Origin: a virus
Length of the DNA: 64,000 nucleotides
Virus record (IMG/VR): IMGVR_UViG_3300025861_000007
Reading direction: 5' to 3' (one strand)
The position numbers and the translations under genes are program-made. The notes below the pieces were generated by a model. The model worked only from the letters and a program-made list of their open reading frames with translations. It was not told the origin of the DNA and ran no database searches. Numbering within the stretch: position 1 is the stretch's first letter; every line of letters begins with the position of its first letter. Shown here piece by piece: positions 26,574-37,424 of this stretch.

Positions 26574-28129
26574 TAACACCAATCTTTTTCAGATACAACT
26601 TCAAAAGGTATGATATCAGGATAAGTTCTAACCTCATTACCTGATTCTATTTTAATTTCTAAGAAATAATCGTTTGGAATAAACCAAGAAGTATCAACTA
26701 AGAAGAAGTTACCGTCAGGAGTTCTACTTACCTCCTGCCAGTCAATATAATCGATTTGGATGTGTCCACCTTCTTTAATAAATATTCTATAGTAAACTTT
26801 ATCTAAAGTTGCCGTTTGGTCATATGTGTAAGGAATACGTACTGCAACGTTAACACGTCTTGTATCACCCCTTTTAATTTTTTCTTTTCTCTTAATACCC
26901 GTTACATTAAATTCATAATCATAGATAGAAAGATTGTTTGTACTACCAACACCTAAACCGTTAGCTCCAGCCGCGTTAGACGAACCAATATTATAATAAC
27001 CTTTATCATCTAATACAATAAAGTTAAGTTCAACATCACCTAAGTTTTTAGAACCTATAGTTACATCTTCCCAAACATCACGGAATTGAATGTTACCACA
27101 ATAACCTGAAACAGGATCGTCATCTACACAAACATTCACACAATAAACACCTGTTGTTACTTGAGTAATTCCTGAAGGTGGTATAGTTTGATATACATAA
27201 TCATTTTGGTCATAGATTGTAACACCTGAGAAGGTTGCATTTACAGCCTGCCCTCCAGCGTTAACATATAAACAAAGATTATTACATTTATTTAAATAAA
27301 ATTTGTTACGGTCATCCTTAATCATATCATCCCAAGTGGTTTCAATGAAAGGTTCATAAACAGTATTGGTTTCACGACCAAAGAACCCAACATATTCAGC
27401 ATCCTCTAAAGGAGCTATTTCCAATGGGTTATGGAAGGCTAAACCTAATCCGTATGTTAAACCCGTATATCCACTGCTTATGAGACCGTTAATGTAGTCT
27501 GTAATATCAATACATACGTTTTCATTACCGTGGTCGAAGTGTTGTGTGGCAATGATTAAATTAGTTCCTCCACTACATACCGTTGTGCCTGTTGTACCAC
27601 TAGTACCACCACTTGTAGTACCTGAAGAACACCAATTTGTTGGGTCATCGTATATACCTGGGTTTGACCAACAAGTGATTAAATCTTCTCTAACAAACCA
27701 ATTGGATGGCCCTTCACAATAAGTCTTATCACTATCAGCACAAGAAACTCTTGTGTATGTATAATCGTAACCGTTACCCTCACACCACGCTTCAGGTACT
27801 TCGAATAAGATTAAATCAAAACAAGTAGCTCTTTTAACATCACCTAAACAAGAGGCAACAGTTTTACAGAATTGTTCTTGGTCGAAACAAGATGTGTTAG
27901 TCATCTTGAGAACATGTCTCATATTATTAACCTCACTAATTTCTTTAGTATTAATTTTTTGGATTATTTCTTCAAAATTTAAATCAAAAATATATCTTGA
28001 ATATTTTACCTCATCGGGGTTTAATGAACCACCGTGAAATAATTCAACAATAGGATTTCTACCCGTATTAACATACGAATTTCTAACTATTGTATTGTCT
28101 TTGGAGAAGTATGTACGTAGTATTCCCAT
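26573..28129 (-). CDS. Cys-rich putative virion structural protein
   Basis: 518 aa, SGT-rich linker, ATATTTAT upstream, next to baseplate gene. Confidence 0.65.
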   Translation of the reverse strand: MGILRTYFSKDNTIVRNSYVNTGRNPIVELFHGGSLNPDEVKYSRYIFDLNFEEIIQKINTKEISEVNNMRHVLKMTNTSCFDQEQFCKTVASCLGDVKRATCFDLILFEVPEAWCEGNGYDYTYTRVSCADSDKTYCEGPSNWFVREDLITCWSNPGIYDDPTNWCSSGTTSGGTSGTTGTTVCSGGTNLIIATQHFDHGNENVCIDITDYINGLISSGYTGLTYGLGLAFHNPLEIAPLEDAEYVGFFGRETNTVYEPFIETTWDDMIKDDRNKFYLNKCNNLCLYVNAGGQAVNATFSGVTIYDQNDYVYQTIPPSGITQVTTGVYCVNVCVDDDPVSGYCGNIQFRDVWEDVTIGSKNLGDVELNFIVLDDKGYYNIGSSNAAGANGLGVGSTNNLSIYDYEFNVTGIKRKEKIKRGDTRRVNVAVRIPYTYDQTATLDKVYYRIFIKEGGHIQIDYIDWQEVSRTPDGNFFLVDTSWFIPNDYFLEIKIESGNEVRTYPDIIPFEVVSEKDWC

Positions 28130-28159
28130 TAAATCTTTTTACTATAAATATCACAAGAT

Positions 28160-29263
28160 TTAGTTAGTTTTCACACCTTTACTTAGGAACCTACAGTTTT
28201 CTATTTCTTTGTATTTTGTACCATCAGGAGATTCTTTTTCTACAATATTACCCATATTGTTATTGAACCATTTGATTAAATCATTTTTAGTTTGGTCACC
28301 GTCTGGTTCTCTTCTGGAACCTTTATGAATATGACCTTCAACATAGGCTCTCATTTTAGTCATAAATTCCCATATCACATCACCATAGGGAAGTGGATGT
28401 AATTTTTCGTTCTCAATTTTTATTTGGGTTAAAATATCATCCCCTTTAATGATGGGTTTAACAAAACCTTTTTTACTAGAACCCTCATGACTGATAAGGT
28501 TAAGTTTGTCTGCAACGATATTAACATGTGTTCTATCTTTGTCTAGGTTAAGTTTTTTATTTGTTTCTCTACCAGATGCACTAGAACTATATGTTTGTGG
28601 TAAGGTGTGGTTTATTGTAATATAAGCAGGATTTTTTTTATTTAACTTAAAACTACCACCTTGTACGTTATTTTCATTTTCGTTCTGATTACCTATTATC
28701 GATTGATAGTCTATTTTACCTGCTCTTAAAATAACCTCATCATAGTTTTCTTTATAACGTAAAATAAAGTCAGTGTTTCTTCTACCTGATATACCAATAT
28801 CTTCTTTATCGGGATAAATCTTCCAATCACCATCAATTGATTCTGGTTCTTGTGTCCAAGCACCGTTATAGTTATCCACTTCTACTTTCCATTTCGATGG
28901 AAAGAAAGGTGAATTCATAAAATCAGGCGGTCTTTGTTGTACAATAACAGGACCTATATATTCTCTTCTAATTTTTTTGTTACGATAATCAAAAACAGCT
29001 ATCTTAACAGTCTCACCAACCTTAGGAATTACATTGATAAACTTAGGCATTAATGGTTGACACCAAGGTAAACCACCTTTAATTGGATCATTTAATTCTG
29101 TGGCTTGAGGTACATCATTATCGACACCTTCAATACGAACTCTTATTCTACCAGCATCATAAGGATCATCAATAGAAACAACAATCCCATAATACCATAA
29201 AGGAAACGTTTTTTGGTCGGCTTTTATATTACCCCAACCTAAATCATATCTTTTCTCACTCAT
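28160..29263 (-). CDS. Baseplate hub/spike protein (T4 gp5 N-terminal OB-fold-like)
   Basis: YYGIVVSIDDPYDAGRIRVRI, LPWCQPL, PKVGETV; no lysozyme domain seen. Confidence 0.75.
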   Translation of the reverse strand: MSEKRYDLGWGNIKADQKTFPLWYYGIVVSIDDPYDAGRIRVRIEGVDNDVPQATELNDPIKGGLPWCQPLMPKFINVIPKVGETVKIAVFDYRNKKIRREYIGPVIVQQRPPDFMNSPFFPSKWKVEVDNYNGAWTQEPESIDGDWKIYPDKEDIGISGRRNTDFILRYKENYDEVILRAGKIDYQSIIGNQNENENNVQGGSFKLNKKNPAYITINHTLPQTYSSSASGRETNKKLNLDKDRTHVNIVADKLNLISHEGSSKKGFVKPIIKGDDILTQIKIENEKLHPLPYGDVIWEFMTKMRAYVEGHIHKGSRREPDGDQTKNDLIKWFNNNMGNIVEKESPDGTKYKEIENCRFLSKGVKTN

Positions 29264-29442
29264 TTGTTATTAACACCAAATCTTTCGTTTAATTCTTCTT
29301 CGATTTCTTTGTAGTTCTTTTCAATAGACATCCAATAATCGTAAAGTTTAATTAAATCAATTCTAACCTTTTCAAATTCAGTTTTAAGTTCTAACTTAAT
29401 TTTATTTAGTTCTGAATTTGATTTATTTTTAATATTTTCCAT
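29260..29442 (-). CDS. Hypothetical protein
   Basis: 60-aa helical ORF, coupled. Confidence 0.55.
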   Translation of the reverse strand: MENIKNKSNSELNKIKLELKTEFEKVRIDLIKLYDYWMSIEKNYKEIEEELNERFGVNNK

Positions 29443-29870
29443 TATCTCATAATTGCGTTACCTGCTGCAATACCGACAACTGTTCCTGCCACCTGTACAG
29501 GACCACCCGCATTACCACCTGTACCTTGAATTACCGTACCAGGTTTGATAGCGACATCCATCACAGCCTCTGTTGTTATTGCTTTAATGATTTCTTCAAC
29601 CCTAATTCTTTCCATAATTTCATCTGGAGATATTTCTCCACTAGGTAGTGGACCCACGGGTATACCTGCCTCAGCTTGACGTTGTATTATTCTGGCCGCC
29701 ACCTTTGAAGGACTTAACCCTGGTCTAGCTGTTGAAGCTAAAATCAATGGTGTAGGCATACTTTGTGACCTTGAGGTTGGTATTTTAAACAGATTTAAAA
29801 TCGAAGATAAAATAGATTTTGGATTTTTAAAATCTGTTTGGTTTGGATTAATTTCTTTACACTTTGCCAT
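29442..29870 (-). CDS. Hypothetical protein in baseplate region
   Basis: 142-aa ORF. Confidence 0.7.
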   Translation of the reverse strand: MAKCKEINPNQTDFKNPKSILSSILNLFKIPTSRSQSMPTPLILASTARPGLSPSKVAARIIQRQAEAGIPVGPLPSGEISPDEIMERIRVEEIIKAITTEAVMDVAIKPGTVIQGTGGNAGGPVQVAGTVVGIAAGNAIMR

Positions 29871-29874
29871 ACTA

Positions 29875-31308
29875 TTATGTAAATTCAGATGTGTTAGGTA
29901 CTGGTATTGTAGATATTAAACCTTCTGTAAAACCAGTTACAATACTTGCTATAGCTTTTATTCTTAAATCGTCCTGTTCTTTTACAATTTTCAAAGCGAT
30001 TTCACCAACTAATTTCATAATTTCATCTTTAACTTCCCTAAAAATGATTTCTAATAAAGCCGCTAAAGATTCACGAGTAACAAACTCAAAGAATACTTTT
30101 GTTGCTTTTGCGTAATCAAAACCATCCGTGGCATTAACAGTAATATCATTAACTGTTTTAGATGATATTTGATACAGTACAACTATCTTAGGTTCTAATG
30201 CAATGTTAGTAAATACCTTTGGTATGTTGTTTATTAATTTAGCGTTGATAGATAATTTGGCTACCTTTTTATCTTCTTCAGGGACATTATTAGTTAAATT
30301 ATCGTTTAAAGATTCTATGGATTTTTTAATAACAACATCAACCTTAGATGGTGGTGTATTTCTAATTTCATCAAATACATTTTTAACTAAAGTAGGATCT
30401 ACTGTAATCTCTTGAATACCACAACCTAAATCTAATTTAGTAACACCTTTATATTTTTGGTTGGCAGAATCTTCCATTTCAAATAACTCATCGTTAGTGA
30501 AGGTGAAAAAACTATCATCATATTCATACTCTTCTTTACAAGGATCGGTACTATTAATTTTGTCTTGAAGATTATTAACTTTTTCAATTGCCAATAACTT
30601 ATCTACACTCATGTTTGTATTAGGTAGACTAGCACCCATTGAACCTGTTAGTCCATTCATTAATTTAGACATCATACCTTCCAAAGATAAAAGTTCCATA
30701 GAATTAATGAAATCAAGTAGAAATTCGTCGAATTTTCTACCGCTATATGAATTATTAACCTTAATTTTTAAATCTTGGGTTGTAGGAAAATATGTTAAAT
30801 CAAGAATATTTTTCCAAGTTGCTGACCCACCCGATTGAACAAGATTATAGAGAAACCAATTGAAATCGTTAGTGGCATTTTTACCATAAAAAGTGGAACC
30901 AACATCACTATTGGGGTCTATTTTTAATAAATCAGTAAAATCTATTTTATTAAGATTAACTGTGGTTTCAGGAGTTGGACTTGGTATTGTAAAATCAGCT
31001 CCACAAGCTAATCCAGCTTTGATACCTTGAATAAAACCCTCTTTTAGTATTCTAACTAATGCAGGAAAAAATTGTACTAAAATATGTATAAGAATTACTG
31101 TGGCCTCACATTTAGCTCTATCCTTAGGGTTCTTAGAGTTATCTTTACAAGTAACACTTAATAAGTCAATTAAAAACGGTAATAAATTTTTACTTGTTGA
31201 ATTAACAGAATCCAATGAGGAAGTTACTCTTCCTTTTGGTAGATTGCCCAAAACTTCGAAGAGTGCAACATTATTAACTGATTGTTTCTTATCATCAATA
31301 AACCCCAT
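29875..31308 (-). CDS. Hypothetical (probably structural) protein
   Basis: 477-aa ORF in late operon. Confidence 0.7.
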   Translation of the reverse strand: MGFIDDKKQSVNNVALFEVLGNLPKGRVTSSLDSVNSTSKNLLPFLIDLLSVTCKDNSKNPKDRAKCEATVILIHILVQFFPALVRILKEGFIQGIKAGLACGADFTIPSPTPETTVNLNKIDFTDLLKIDPNSDVGSTFYGKNATNDFNWFLYNLVQSGGSATWKNILDLTYFPTTQDLKIKVNNSYSGRKFDEFLLDFINSMELLSLEGMMSKLMNGLTGSMGASLPNTNMSVDKLLAIEKVNNLQDKINSTDPCKEEYEYDDSFFTFTNDELFEMEDSANQKYKGVTKLDLGCGIQEITVDPTLVKNVFDEIRNTPPSKVDVVIKKSIESLNDNLTNNVPEEDKKVAKLSINAKLINNIPKVFTNIALEPKIVVLYQISSKTVNDITVNATDGFDYAKATKVFFEFVTRESLAALLEIIFREVKDEIMKLVGEIALKIVKEQDDLRIKAIASIVTGFTEGLISTIPVPNTSEFT

Positions 31309-31694
31309 TATTTAACGTTGTATTCTTTTTTGTCATCATCTTTATCGTCCTTATTGAATATGTCACGTAACATTGCCATATCCTCAGGAGTTAAATTACC
31401 ATCACCCTTACTACCTTCACCACCAGCACCTGGTTTGAAGATTAATTGACTCATCAATTTAACCAATGTAAGTTTTTTATCAATTGTAGTGTCAACTATT
31501 TTAAGTAAATCAGTGTTGGCTTTGTTTAGGTTGGTTAAATCGTGCATATCTTCAACATTAACTTTATTTTTATTTTCGTTAATGGTTCTAATACACGTAC
31601 TTCTTTGTTCGACTAACTCATTATAGGCCTCTTGTGCCATCGATAGGAAACTATCAGTGGTTAGTTGAATCTCTTTTTTCTTAGGTCTTGCCAT
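31308..31694 (-). CDS. Hypothetical protein
   Basis: 128-aa ORF, ATATTTAT upstream. Confidence 0.7.
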   Translation of the reverse strand: MARPKKKEIQLTTDSFLSMAQEAYNELVEQRSTCIRTINENKNKVNVEDMHDLTNLNKANTDLLKIVDTTIDKKLTLVKLMSQLIFKPGAGGEGSKGDGNLTPEDMAMLRDIFNKDDKDDDKKEYNVK

Positions 31695-31733
31695 ATGAAA
31701 TTGTTTTGCCTATAAATATCAAAATGGTGGTTT

Positions 31734-32510
31734 TTATAAACCACCATCTTTAATAAACTTATATATTGTCTTATATCGTTTCATTGCGTTCCTAATATCT
31801 TTAGTACCTAGGGAAGTCATTTCTCTCATATAATAAAGTATTAAGTTTTTATTATACTTGTTGGTGGCATCCTTACCTTCAAAAACATTCTCCCAATTTT
31901 CTAAGATTGAAATTAATGCGTTACCCACCCTAATTTCATTCTCTGTTAGAATTTTACTCTGTAATTCTTCCTTTATTGAGGAACAGATATCGTCAATGAG
32001 ACTTGATAAATCAATATCGTGTTTGTCCATCTCATATGAATATTCCTCATCCTCTTCAAGGTCTGGAGCAACATCTTCATATGAAATAAGTGTTTTTAAT
32101 TTTTTATCGTCTTTAATAAGTTTACCTAGAAGGTAGTGTTTACAAACAGTACCGTAGTAAGAGTAAGATTTCTTCCCTTTTGATGGTTTAAACTTATGGA
32201 ATTTTATCATTAAAAATGATAAAGTATCAGAATGTAGGTCTTCGAAGGACATACTCTTGGAGTAGAGTTTATACCTTCGAATAATACTTTCTATCATTTT
32301 ATCTAATGGGGCTTGTAGATGTAAACGATAAATTTCATTTCTTCGAAATTCATCTTTTGTGGTGCCAGTCCATCTAAAACCTTCTAATGCATTAGGATCT
32401 TCAACTAAGCCACCTAAAGAAAGAAATTCTTTAACAGCCGTTTCCTCCACATGTCCAAAGTAAGGATCTTTCGATGGTTTTCTTCCCCTCTTCTTTTCTT
32501 CTGTAGACAT
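31734..32510 (-). CDS. Phage RNA polymerase sigma factor (gp55-like, probably late)
   Basis: Region-2-like EDLHSDTLSFLMIKFHKFKPSKGKKSYSYYGTVCKHYL. Confidence 0.6.
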   Translation of the reverse strand: MSTEEKKRGRKPSKDPYFGHVEETAVKEFLSLGGLVEDPNALEGFRWTGTTKDEFRRNEIYRLHLQAPLDKMIESIIRRYKLYSKSMSFEDLHSDTLSFLMIKFHKFKPSKGKKSYSYYGTVCKHYLLGKLIKDDKKLKTLISYEDVAPDLEEDEEYSYEMDKHDIDLSSLIDDICSSIKEELQSKILTENEIRVGNALISILENWENVFEGKDATNKYNKNLILYYMREMTSLGTKDIRNAMKRYKTIYKFIKDGGL

Positions 32511-33304
32511 TATTGGATTGTAGCATTTTCTCTATCAAATTTTATTCCCCTATCTTGTTTAAAATAACACTCTTTTCTTGCTGTATTGAACCAAAATCTA
32601 GCTTCAATAACATCGATTTTCTCACTTTCAACATTGTAGTAGTTAAAGAATAGAGAGTCTGGTCTCATATTTGTTTTCTTGTAACCCAATTTAGGGATTG
32701 TCATCATTTTTTTATCATAATATGACATTCTTAATAAGAATTCATAAACAAAATGAAGTCTGATACTTGACTTTAAACCACCTACCGCTTTGAAAGCACT
32801 AACTTTAATTACTGCTCCTGATAGTTGGAAATTGGGGAAATTTAATAAAGCGTCATTATCTAAGAATCCCATTTTATCGGAAAATTCTTTTGCCCATACA
32901 GGTTCGTTTGTGAAATGTAAGAATCTACCTTCAACACTTACGTCTAAAACAATCGGTAAAAACACATCAACATCTTCGTAAGCGGTGATATATTTTGCTA
33001 CATTGTCAAACCAAATTTTAGAATACTCATCATCAATTTCAAGGATACTGAAATATTCAGTCTTAGTGTTTTCAACACCAAAGTTAACTTGTGAAGCGAA
33101 ATCAGTTTTACCTTCATTTTCTACAATACGATAGTTAACGTCCTTTAAAATTTCTTTATTCAATTCTAAACCTTTAGGGATTACAATCAATAATTCTTCA
33201 GGTTTTACTTTTTGTTGTTCAATACTCTTAATCGCTTTTTCAAAATAAGAATTAAGATTTTCATCCATCTTATGGATTGGTAATATTACTGTTGTTTTTG
33301 TCAT
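32510..33304 (-). CDS. Glycosyltransferase, GT2-like (GT-A)
   Basis: TTVILPIH, VNFGVEN..TEYFSILEIDD. Confidence 0.8.
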   Translation of the reverse strand: MTKTTVILPIHKMDENLNSYFEKAIKSIEQQKVKPEELLIVIPKGLELNKEILKDVNYRIVENEGKTDFASQVNFGVENTKTEYFSILEIDDEYSKIWFDNVAKYITAYEDVDVFLPIVLDVSVEGRFLHFTNEPVWAKEFSDKMGFLDNDALLNFPNFQLSGAVIKVSAFKAVGGLKSSIRLHFVYEFLLRMSYYDKKMMTIPKLGYKKTNMRPDSLFFNYYNVESEKIDVIEARFWFNTARKECYFKQDRGIKFDRENATIQ

Positions 33305-33309
33305 ATCAA

Positions 33310-34383
33310 TTAGTTTTGTGTTTCTACATTATTTTCAACTTCAACTGGTAGAGACGATTTTAATTCGTTAATTCTATCATTGATTATTTTTTCATACACT
33401 TCTTTGATTTTAACCTTTTGTTGTTCAACAGTATATGAATCATTCATTTTTGACATTTCTTCATATAATTCTTTCGGTTCACCATCTTCTAACCATGCTT
33501 GGAAATAGTTAGCCGCTAAATCAGATATAACTAAATTATCATGTGTCCATAAACCATTTTTATCTGTCATCCATTCTGGGACCATATTAGGAACTTTACC
33601 TAATACAGGAACACCACATTTCATAGCCTCAATAGGGAATGTACCGAAAGATGAAACTTCATCAACCCAAATAGCTAAACATGATTCAGCTAAAGATTTA
33701 GCGAAAGTTTCTCTTGGTAACCCTCTCATATCACGGAATGATACCCATTTAAGGTGAGGATATTTTACATAAAATGCTTTATAGATTTTAACCAAATCTC
33801 TTTGGTCACGCGTTGAAATTGCAATGATTGGTTTTTTAGGTTTGTCTGAAGCTTTAAAATAGGAAGGAATACTAACAGGAACTACTTCAGCTTGAACTCT
33901 CTTGGAGAATAAGTTTTCTACGTATTCTTTTTGTCTTTCGGATGTTGTGATAACAGTATTAATACCGTAGTCAGCCCAATTTTTACCTGGCATCAACATT
34001 TCGAAAATATAATCATATGACTGAGCGAACACAATTCTTTTACTAGGTAATTTGGAGGTCTGTTCCATTACGTTAGCAAAAATTTCAGGAATCACAATAA
34101 AATCCTGAGTGTTAACTTTTAATTGTTGTTTATCGATTGATACGTGAGGTATCTCAGCGTATTCCTCACCCAATGAAGTACCTACAGGTGTGTAGTCACT
34201 TTTTTCATGTAACATTTGGGCATCATACCCTAATTCACGTAATAATTTAGCGTGTTCATAAATGTTAGTTAAACTAGCTACAGGATTACCTTTGGTATCC
34301 ATTACGAAGAAATAAATTTTGAATTCCTTCTTTTCAAGATTGCTTACAGCATCTTTGATGAGATTTTTTAAATTATCTTCCAT
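33310..34383 (-). CDS. Glycosyltransferase, GT-B fold
   Basis: SFGTFPIEAMKCGVPV. Confidence 0.8.
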   Translation of the reverse strand: MEDNLKNLIKDAVSNLEKKEFKIYFFVMDTKGNPVASLTNIYEHAKLLRELGYDAQMLHEKSDYTPVGTSLGEEYAEIPHVSIDKQQLKVNTQDFIVIPEIFANVMEQTSKLPSKRIVFAQSYDYIFEMLMPGKNWADYGINTVITTSERQKEYVENLFSKRVQAEVVPVSIPSYFKASDKPKKPIIAISTRDQRDLVKIYKAFYVKYPHLKWVSFRDMRGLPRETFAKSLAESCLAIWVDEVSSFGTFPIEAMKCGVPVLGKVPNMVPEWMTDKNGLWTHDNLVISDLAANYFQAWLEDGEPKELYEEMSKMNDSYTVEQQKVKIKEVYEKIINDRINELKSSLPVEVENNVETQN

Positions 34384-34771
34384 CTTCTTTGATTATTTGG
34401 TATTTTAATAGAGTGTTAAATGATATTTTGAAAGGAATAGAAAGTTGTTTACTCAATTGCCCATATCCCATGGCCTCATCTACAGGACCTTGTTCACTAA
34501 GAACAGATTCTATCATAACTTTTGTGGTTTCCCACTTAGTTACGTCAATGATTTGGGTGTAAAGTTCATGAGGTACTTCTTCCGTTTCTTCATCATTTTC
34601 ATTATTTTTATTTTCTAATTCTTTTTTTGCCTCACCTAAAATGTCATCGACACTTTCAGATTTTTCAATACGTATAAACTGACTTAATGCATCTAAGTCG
34701 AAATAATACTTACTTCCAGCAACGTCAAAAAGTTCTGAGGAATCATCCCCACTGTTTCTTAGTCTATTCAT
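34373..34771 (-). CDS. Hypothetical protein
   Basis: 132-aa ORF. Confidence 0.7.
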   Translation of the reverse strand: MNRLRNSGDDSSELFDVAGSKYYFDLDALSQFIRIEKSESVDDILGEAKKELENKNNENDEETEEVPHELYTQIIDVTKWETTKVMIESVLSEQGPVDEAMGYGQLSKQLSIPFKISFNTLLKYQIIKEDGR

Positions 34772-34809
34772 GAGATATATTTAAACATGAAATGTTATAA
34801 GTAAACCTT

Positions 34810-35466
34810 TTAGTTAAACAAGTCTAAACCTTCAAGTTCTTTTATAGTATTAATACTATAATCAGAAGGTATGTGTTGATTAAACGGTTTCTCGATTTTA
34901 ATAGTAATCTTACCCTCAGGTTTTGATTGTAAAATTTCAGGATGGTCTGTAATCATACAGTCTACGTCTTTCCAACAATCAACAGTTGAGGTTGTAAACT
35001 TAAGATTAGGTATCATACAACCAGTTTTTGAGAGAAAGAAAAGTGTTGCTGAAACACCTCTACCGGCTTCACGACTTGTGATAACAAATTCATGTTTACC
35101 TGTACTGAATAAAGCTACATCATTTAAAGTTTGTACTGCCCCATCGATAACTTCATCAGCATAACCGAATATTTCTAAACAACATTTATCGTAAATGAAA
35201 TCTTCTACAGTTATACCGTCATCTTTAACTTCTTGTAACTCAAAAGTTGCATCAGTTTTTATAAATTCTTTCTCATCGAAATTTGGGTTGAATTCGATTT
35301 CTTGACGTACAATTTCTTCTTCTGGAAATTTAACCCACTCTTCTAAATTGTAATCTCTTACAACAATCTCTTCACCGTCTTCTGGGTTAAAGTATTTTGT
35401 GTGTGTTTTTTCTATTTGTCCAAAAAAATCTCTTAACACACCATTAATGGAAACACCTATTTTCAT
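34810..35466 (-). CDS. HAD-like 5'(3')-nucleotidase homologue with degenerate motif I
   Basis: MKIGVSINGVLRDF (DxD replaced by SxN), DCMITDHP, KPFNQ. Confidence 0.65.
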   Translation of the reverse strand: MKIGVSINGVLRDFFGQIEKTHTKYFNPEDGEEIVVRDYNLEEWVKFPEEEIVRQEIEFNPNFDEKEFIKTDATFELQEVKDDGITVEDFIYDKCCLEIFGYADEVIDGAVQTLNDVALFSTGKHEFVITSREAGRGVSATLFFLSKTGCMIPNLKFTTSTVDCWKDVDCMITDHPEILQSKPEGKITIKIEKPFNQHIPSDYSINTIKELEGLDLFN

Positions 35467-36254
35467 TAGTCTTTTAAAATTTGTTTTTTTGTTATTTTCT
35501 CTTCTTCTAATTGGTCGAAGATTTCTTCAATCACTTTGATAATTGGATTTCTAACAATATCTTCCTCATTTCTAAGTTCTACTGTACCAAACCCTTTTTT
35601 ATCTTTAAACCTATCGATAACTACCTCCAAAGAACTTTCTTTCTTGTTACGTATATCTTTTTGTTTAACATCACCTAGGATTATAATTTTTGAATTATCA
35701 CCAATACGTGTCATCAAAGTTCTCATATTATCTAAACTAATATTTTGTGCCTCATCTATAATAATAATAGACTTGTCAATACTTCTACCACGTACATAAG
35801 CGATTGGTTTAATTTGAATAAAACCTAAATCTCTTAATTTATTGGTGTTTGCTTCACCGATGATTTTATTGAAGTTGTCTAAGAATGAATCCATAAAAGG
35901 TTCCATCTTTTCTTCCATAGTTCCTTTTAGGAAACCAATTTCTTCATCCTTAAGAGTAGTAACTGATTTAACTAAAATTATTTTCTGAAAACTATTTTGT
36001 GGGTTTTTGATTAATTTCAACGCTTCAGCACAAGCCAAGAAAGTTTTACCTGTTCCAGGGTAACCAGATGCTATTGTAATTTCATTTTCTTTGATAGCTG
36101 TAACCAATTTTTTTTGGTTTTCAGTTTTAGGTTTAACCTCAATCCTAATGGTATTGAGTGTTTTTCCTTCTTCTGGTGTTTTACGATACATAAAGTTGTC
36201 CACATCTGTGGCCTCTTCATCGGTTAGTTTTTTGTTACTTCTTCTTCTGCTCAT
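35466..36254 (-). CDS. phoH: PhoH-like ATPase
   Basis: GYPGTGKTFLA, IGFLKG, YVRGRSI, IIIDEAQN, GDVKQKD, DIVRNP. Confidence 0.93.
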   Translation of the reverse strand: MSRRRSNKKLTDEEATDVDNFMYRKTPEEGKTLNTIRIEVKPKTENQKKLVTAIKENEITIASGYPGTGKTFLACAEALKLIKNPQNSFQKIILVKSVTTLKDEEIGFLKGTMEEKMEPFMDSFLDNFNKIIGEANTNKLRDLGFIQIKPIAYVRGRSIDKSIIIIDEAQNISLDNMRTLMTRIGDNSKIIILGDVKQKDIRNKKESSLEVVIDRFKDKKGFGTVELRNEEDIVRNPIIKVIEEIFDQLEEEKITKKQILKD

Positions 36255-36263
36255 AGTTTTAAT

Positions 36264-37256
36264 TTATCTTAAAGATTTTTTACCTTGCAAAACATCCATC
36301 CAATGATCACACATTTCATGCATCATCCCTTCAAAGGTGTAGGTTGGTTTCCAGCCTGTGAGTTCTCTTAATTTAGTGGAATCTCCCTTTAAATACGGTA
36401 ACTCTTCTGGTCTTAAAAATTTATCATTTTGTACTACATAATCCCTGTAATCTAAACCTAGATATGAGAACACAACTTCACACATTTCTCTAACTGAATG
36501 TGTCTCCATTGTTGAGACAACGTAGTCTCCAGGTTCATCTAGGTTCATAATCAAATGCATCGCTCTAACGTAGTCTTTTGAGTGACCCCAATCTCTATAT
36601 GAATCCATATTACCTAATTCTAACTTATCGGTTAAACCTAGTTTAATACTACAAGCTGCTTTAACAACTTTATTTGTTACGAAGTTAGAACCTCTTCTTG
36701 GTGATTCGTGGTTGAATAATATTCCGTTTACTGCGTGTAAACCGTAAGCTCTTCTATAGTGTCTAACCATATTGTAGGCGAACACTTTAGAACATCCGTA
36801 GGGTGAAACTGGGTTCATTACGGTTGTTTCCCTTTGAAAACCGTCTGGTTCAACGGTTAATCCAAACATTTCTGATGATGATGCTTGGTAAAATTTAGCC
36901 TCAGGACAAATCCTTTTATAGGCTTCCAACATATTAACAACACCAACAGAATTTGTTTGTACTGTAAATTGTGGTATATCAAAACTAACTCTTACATGAC
37001 TTTGAGCTCCAATGTTGTAAATTTCATCTGGCTTAATTTCGGATAATAATCTTTCAATTGAAGTTTGGTCTAATAAATCACCGTAATAAGTATGGATTTT
37101 ATCCTCAACTTTTGATAATCTACTAGATTGATTTTCTGATGTAGAATTTCTTCTAATCATTCCGTGAACTTCATAACCTAATTCTACTAAGTATTCAGCT
37201 AGGTAACTGCCGTCTTGTCCACCGATACCTGTAATAAATGCTTTCTTTTTATTCAT
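36264..37256 (-). CDS. gmd: GDP-mannose 4,6-dehydratase
   Basis: ITGIGGQDGSYLAE, AQSHVRVSF, QASSSEMFG, PVSPYGCSK, LFNHESPRRG, LGNMDSYRDWGH. Confidence 0.95.
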   Translation of the reverse strand: MNKKKAFITGIGGQDGSYLAEYLVELGYEVHGMIRRNSTSENQSSRLSKVEDKIHTYYGDLLDQTSIERLLSEIKPDEIYNIGAQSHVRVSFDIPQFTVQTNSVGVVNMLEAYKRICPEAKFYQASSSEMFGLTVEPDGFQRETTVMNPVSPYGCSKVFAYNMVRHYRRAYGLHAVNGILFNHESPRRGSNFVTNKVVKAACSIKLGLTDKLELGNMDSYRDWGHSKDYVRAMHLIMNLDEPGDYVVSTMETHSVREMCEVVFSYLGLDYRDYVVQNDKFLRPEELPYLKGDSTKLRELTGWKPTYTFEGMMHEMCDHWMDVLQGKKSLR

Positions 37257-37416
37257 TCTCTAAATGTGATTTTTTTATGATACCATCTTTGTCTGTTATA
37301 ATGGTGTTTTTATTTTCTTTGAAAATAATGTATAATTCGTCAAAGTCACCTCTATCGATTAAAAAAAGAGGTAAAATATCAGTTTCGTCCTCACATATTT
37401 GCCATAGTTCGTACAT
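37249..37416 (-). CDS. Small hypothetical protein (55 aa, below track cutoff)
   Basis: MYELWQICEDETDILPL...SHLENE*, fills the gap between DegT and gmd. Confidence 0.55.
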   Translation of the reverse strand: MYELWQICEDETDILPLFLIDRGDFDELYIIFKENKNTIITDKDGIIKKSHLENE

Positions 37417-37424
37417 AGTCGATA

